Shown piece after piece: positions 60,494 through 64,000 of a stretch of DNA of 64,000 nucleotides (position 1 is the stretch's first letter; each line of letters opens with the position of its first letter). Under the pieces are notes generated by a model, which had not been told where the DNA came from, did not search any database, and saw only the letters and a list, made by a program, of their open reading frames with translations. Source of the stretch: an uncultured Chloroflexia bacterium (GTDB taxonomy: Bacteria > Chloroflexota > Limnocylindria > Limnocylindrales > CSP1-4); contig CAWEYL010000001.1 of the NCBI GenBank assembly GCA_963813335.1, forward strand, positions 1,056,001 to 1,120,000, in the 5' to 3' direction. Both the position numbers and the translations under genes were made by a program.

Positions 60494-60522
60494 AACCCAC
60501 CGGCCGCAGTGGCTCGGTGGGC
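60494..60522 (-). terminator. Leader hairpin (putative attenuator) upstream of carA
   Basis: GCCCACCG(A)GCC..GGCCGGTGGGT followed by TCGTCGTAT; weak U-tract. Confidence 0.55.
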
Positions 60523-60544
60523 GTGCATGGACACGGTCGATGGA

Positions 60545-60605
60545 CCTCCTTCGCCGGCCTCACGGGACCGATACGCCGGCCTCACAGGACCGGCCATGAA
60601 AGGAC
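60545..60605 (-). promoter_or_regulatory. PyrR-binding RNA element (duplicated loop)
   Basis: TCCTTTCA..GGTCCTGTGAGGCCGGCG TATC GGTCCCGTGAGGCCGGCG AAGGA resembles the PyrR consensus RUCCNGNGAGGY. Confidence 0.8.
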
Positions 60606-60666
60606 GCCGTCAGGGTAGCATCCCCGTCGTTCCCACGGAGCCACCCACCGCGTCGAGGAGACCCCC

Positions 60667-61056
60667 ATGACCCGCCGAGCCATCGCCACCGACCACGCCC
60701 CAGCGGCCATCGGGCCCTACAGCCAGGCGGTCGTGTCGGGCGGGTTCGTGTTCTGTGCCGGCACGGTCGGCATCGATCCCGCGACCGGCGAGGTCGCCGA
60801 CGGCATCGAGGCCCAGACGGAGCAGGTGCTGACGAACCTGTCGGCCGTGCTCGAGGCGGCCGGCTCGTCGCTGGCGAACGTCGTGAAGGCCACGGTCATG
60901 TACACCAACGTGGCGGACTTCCCGGCGATCAACGCGGTCTATGCGCGCCGCATGGGCGACCCGGCACCGGCGCGGTCGGCGCCCGGCGGCGCGCTCTTCC
61001 CGCGCGGGATCCTGATCTCGATCGACGCGATCGCGGAGCTGGCGGACGCGACCTGA
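60667..61056 (+). CDS. ridA: RidA/YjgF family deaminase
   Basis: APAAIGPYSQAV, NVVKAT, PAPARS. Confidence 0.9.
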   Translation: MTRRAIATDHAPAAIGPYSQAVVSGGFVFCAGTVGIDPATGEVADGIEAQTEQVLTNLSAVLEAAGSSLANVVKATVMYTNVADFPAINAVYARRMGDPAPARSAPGGALFPRGILISIDAIAELADAT

Positions 61057-61071
61057 CAGCCGGCGAGCGCG

Positions 61072-61854
61072 TCAGGCGCCGACGGCGACCAGCAGGAAGT
61101 CCGTCCCGAACGCCACGAGGAGGCCGACCAGCAGCGCGACGTTGGCGGCGGCCGGCTGGGCGAACTTCCGGGACGTGGACATCATCTCGTTGAAGACGAA
61201 GATCAGCGCACCGGCGGCGAGGCCGAGGAAGACGATCGAGAGCAGCGGCGACGTGAACGAGTAGCCGATGACGCCGCCGACGAACGTCGGGCCGCCGCCG
61301 ATCAGCCCGAGCAGCCCGAGGAACGCCCACGTCGGGCGGGTGCCGGTGGTCAGCGGGGCGGCGATGCCGAAGCCCTCGGTCGCGTTGTGCAGCGCGAAGC
61401 CGATGGCGAGGATCAGCGCGAAGGAGGTCGCCCCGGTCACGGCCGACTGGCCGATCGCGAGCCCCTCCGAGAAGTTGTGGAGGCCGAGGCCGATCGCCGT
61501 CCCGAGGGCGATATCGCTGGCAGAGACGCCCTCGATCCGGCGAGACCGGAGCTGGGTCGTCACCCACACGAGCGAGAGCAGCCCGACCGCGATCGAGGCG
61601 CCGAACGCGGTCGCGTTGACCAGGAAGTCGGTCGTCGTCCCCTCGCCGCCGGTCGCGGCTTCGAGGGACGCCTCCACCGGCTCGACGGCCTGGGCGAGGA
61701 TGTCCCAGATCAGGAACAGGATCACGCCCGCGGCGGCGGTCGTCAGGATCGCCTGCGTCCGGGTCGAGAGGTTGCGCAGCCGTCCGACCGGGAGTCCGAG
61801 ATAGATCGTCAGACCCGCGAAGGCGGAGAGGAGCACGGTCTGCTCGAAGGTCAC
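61072..61854 (-). CDS. ZIP-family metal transporter
   Basis: GLHNFSEGLAIG and ALHNATEGF motifs. Confidence 0.9.
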   Translation of the reverse strand: MTFEQTVLLSAFAGLTIYLGLPVGRLRNLSTRTQAILTTAAAGVILFLIWDILAQAVEPVEASLEAATGGEGTTTDFLVNATAFGASIAVGLLSLVWVTTQLRSRRIEGVSASDIALGTAIGLGLHNFSEGLAIGQSAVTGATSFALILAIGFALHNATEGFGIAAPLTTGTRPTWAFLGLLGLIGGGPTFVGGVIGYSFTSPLLSIVFLGLAAGALIFVFNEMMSTSRKFAQPAAANVALLVGLLVAFGTDFLLVAVGA

Positions 61855-61888
61855 GGTTCCTCCTGGGTGGGCTTGGTGAAGCCACCGG

Positions 61889-61918
61889 AATCTAGGGGGA
61901 CCGAGCGGAGGTTGTCAA
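61889..61918 (-). promoter_or_regulatory. Sigma70 promoter of the ZIP gene
   Basis: TTGACA-18-TAGATT; the -35 lies within the imperfect palindrome TGTCAAGGCGCCTTGTCA. Confidence 0.6.
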
Positions 61919-62026
61919 GGCGCCTTGTCATCTGAACGCTAGGTCGCTTGCACAACGCCCCTCGTTGGCATCCGATCCGGTGCGTCGGGCCCCCTGGCGC
62001 GCGAGAATGTCGACGTCGGCGTTGGC

Positions 62027-62713
62027 ATGGGGAGGCCGGTCATCGAGCGAGACGCCTGGCTTCGGGAGCGGCGAGCGGCGGTCGAAGCCGCCTACGACGC
62101 CGAGTCCGCCGACTACGACCAGAACCCCTACCCCGTCGAGATGCAGCGGGCGTTCGTCGCGCGGCTGCTCGCGACCTGCCCGGCGGATGGGCTGGTCCTC
62201 GACGCACCCTGCGGCACCGGCCAGTACTTCCCGCTCGTCGCGGCGGGTGGCTGTCGCGTCGTCGGGATCGACCAGTCAGCGGGCATGCTCGAGCAGGCTG
62301 GCGCTCGCGGGATCGCCGTCGAGCTGCGGCAGACCGGGCTCCAGGAGCTCGCGTTCGATGGCGGGTTCGATGCCGTGATGACGGTCGATGCGATGGAGAA
62401 CGTGTTCCCGGAGCACTGGCCGGGCGTGCTGGCGAACCTGCGCCGTGCCCTTCGTCCGGGAGGACACCTGTACCTGACCATTGAGGAGATCGACGACGCC
62501 GAGATCGACGCGGCCTTCGCCGACCTGATGAGCCGCGGGCTGCCCGCCGTCCGCGGCGAGGTCATCGAGGGCGACGTCGCCGGCTACCACTTCTACCCCG
62601 GCCGGGAGCAGGTCGCCCGCTGGCTCGAGGCCGAAGGTCTAGACGTCGTCGAGCAAGACACCGAGCCCCAGGACGACTGGGCCTACTGGCACCTCCTGCT
62701 CCGCGCGCGCTGA
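62027..62713 (+). CDS. Class I SAM-dependent methyltransferase
   Basis: VLDAPCGTG, GIDQSAGML, LRPGG. Confidence 0.88.
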   Translation: MGRPVIERDAWLRERRAAVEAAYDAESADYDQNPYPVEMQRAFVARLLATCPADGLVLDAPCGTGQYFPLVAAGGCRVVGIDQSAGMLEQAGARGIAVELRQTGLQELAFDGGFDAVMTVDAMENVFPEHWPGVLANLRRALRPGGHLYLTIEEIDDAEIDAAFADLMSRGLPAVRGEVIEGDVAGYHFYPGREQVARWLEAEGLDVVEQDTEPQDDWAYWHLLLRAR

Positions 62714-62738
62714 CGCCACGGCCGTCGTCGCACCGCGA

Positions 62739-63095
62739 CTAACCGACCGAGTAGGCGCCGTCCCAATGCCAGACCGAGGCCGGATCCTTCGGATCGCCGA
62801 CCACCGTCACGTCGACCTCGAGTTGGAAGCCCGCCAGGACACCCGTCCCGGACCGAAACGAGCACTTGGCCAGGACGGGCCCTTCTGGCTGGTTCCAGTC
62901 GCACACACCGGTCGTGCTGCCGCCCGGGACCTCCATCGACGGGTATGCGAGGCCATCCGAGCCGTCGCCATTCACGGTGTACGTGATCTTGGTGCCGGTC
63001 GGGATCCGGTCGAACGTCGACGTGGCGACCGTGCACAGCAGGTCGTTCTCACACGTCTTGGTCAGTCCGAACGCCGCTCTGCCGACGGTTGCCAT
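62739..63095 (-). CDS. Hypothetical beta-rich protein
   Basis: GGGAGG RBS before MATVGR; LTKTC..C..C..C and C-terminal WHWDGAY. Confidence 0.6.
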   Translation of the reverse strand: MATVGRAAFGLTKTCENDLLCTVATSTFDRIPTGTKITYTVNGDGSDGLAYPSMEVPGGSTTGVCDWNQPEGPVLAKCSFRSGTGVLAGFQLEVDVTVVGDPKDPASVWHWDGAYSVG

Positions 63096-63212
63096 GTGCC
63101 TGCCTCCCAGCTGTGAACCCGCGTCGATGGCTGGACGGGAATCTAGCGCGCCCGCGTCACGGCGTGTCTCGCTTCCGGTCACGTCCTCCGACCACCAGAG
63201 GCGAACATGCGG

Positions 63213-63241
63213 ACGCCCCTGCCGGCAACCGGGAGGGGCGT
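63213..63241 (-). terminator. Hairpin downstream of the tRNA
   Basis: ACGCCCCT.CCGG-CAA-CCGG.AGGGGCGT. Confidence 0.6.
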
Positions 63242-63258
63242 TGATCTTCGTGAACTGT

Positions 63259-63333
<75 letters not shown>

Positions 63334-63405
63334 AGGGCCGGGATGATACCCCGGGGGTCGCGCATCGCGCCATCCGGGGCACCGCCGCCTCATAGACTGT
63401 CCGCC

Positions 63406-64000
63406 ATGTCGACGACCGGACCGGAACCCGCGCACGGCCACGCGGTGGTCTGCGGCGTCGACCACCTCGGGCTCCGGACGGTCGAGGAGCTGCGCCTCCG
63501 CGACGAGGAGGTCGTGGCCATCGGCCCGACCTCCGACACCGAGGAGTGGCTCGCGGAGCATGGCGTCCGCCTCGTCGTCGGCGACCACCGCCTCACGAAG
63601 GTCCTGCGCGCCGCGGATATCAAGCACGCCCGGGTCATCGTGCTGACCGGCGACGACGACCTCGGCAACCTCAACACCGCCCTCGCCGCCGCCGAGATCA
63701 ACCCGGCCATCCGGGTCGTCATCCGCCTGTTCGACCAGGAGCTCGGCGCCCACATCCCGCAGCTGTTCACCGATGCGGTGGCGCTCTCGTCGTCGGCGCT
63801 GGCGGCACCCGGTTTCGTGTCGGCCGCCATCGACGGCGAATCGGGCAGCCGGTTCCGGCTCGCGGGGCGCCTGATCGCCAGCCGCCATGCCAGCGAGCCG
63901 TCGCGGGGCGGCGTATCGATCCCGATCGCCCGGCTCGCCGCGGACCGGACGGTCGAGCTGCTCCCCGACGCCGGGGTCACCGAGCCCGGCCTGATCCTCA
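63406..64000 (+). CDS. TrkA-N/RCK NAD-binding potassium-channel-family protein (partial)
   Basis: Hand translation: HAVVCGVDHLGLRTVEEL..VVGD..DDDLGNLNTALAA..NPAIRVVIRLFD. Confidence 0.85.
   Translation, partial: MSTTGPEPAHGHAVVCGVDHLGLRTVEELRLRDEEVVAIGPTSDTEEWLAEHGVRLVVGDHRLTKVLRAADIKHARVIVLTGDDDLGNLNTALAAAEINPAIRVVIRLFDQELGAHIPQLFTDAVALSSSALAAPGFVSAAIDGESGSRFRLAGRLIASRHASEPSRGGVSIPIARLAADRTVELLPDAGVTEPGLIL

Noticed and set aside
61873-61890. TTGGTGAAGCCACCGGA as an att remnant of the tRNA-Lys 3' end
   Set aside because: Short gapped similarity only, no integrase present, and it lies in the ZIP gene 5' UTR.

Overview
A very GC-rich bacterial chromosomal window. The gene style suggests a high-GC Chloroflexota (e.g. 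Limnocylindria) or an actinobacterium, which is inference only. It holds about 60 CDSs and one tRNA-Lys(CTT); I saw no CRISPR array, rRNA, transposase or integrase. Main content: (1) an amine permease, choline-kinase-like gene and GcvT-like oxidoreductase; (2) a class II aldolase and a VirB11-like/AAA/VWA trio; (3) an ABC exporter-RsgA-GNAT operon behind a clear leader-peptide transcription attenuator; (4) a ~20 kb molybdo-enzyme locus with a form I CO dehydrogenase (coxMSL, AYRCSFR), a second form II-like S-L-M enzyme (AYRGAGR), and coxD/E/F/G plus a MocA-methyltransferase fusion; (5) a Tad minor-pilin/adhesin cassette and SRAP; (6) an ECF sigma/anti-sigma/secreted repeat-protein trio, an M16 peptidase pair and a CopC variant; (7) carAB behind a PyrR element with a duplicated loop. 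Many single-base frameshifts (near 30.8 kb, 36.9 kb and across 50.5-60.2 kb) hit conserved genes and look like read or assembly errors. All calls come from motif recognition by eye, without database searches.
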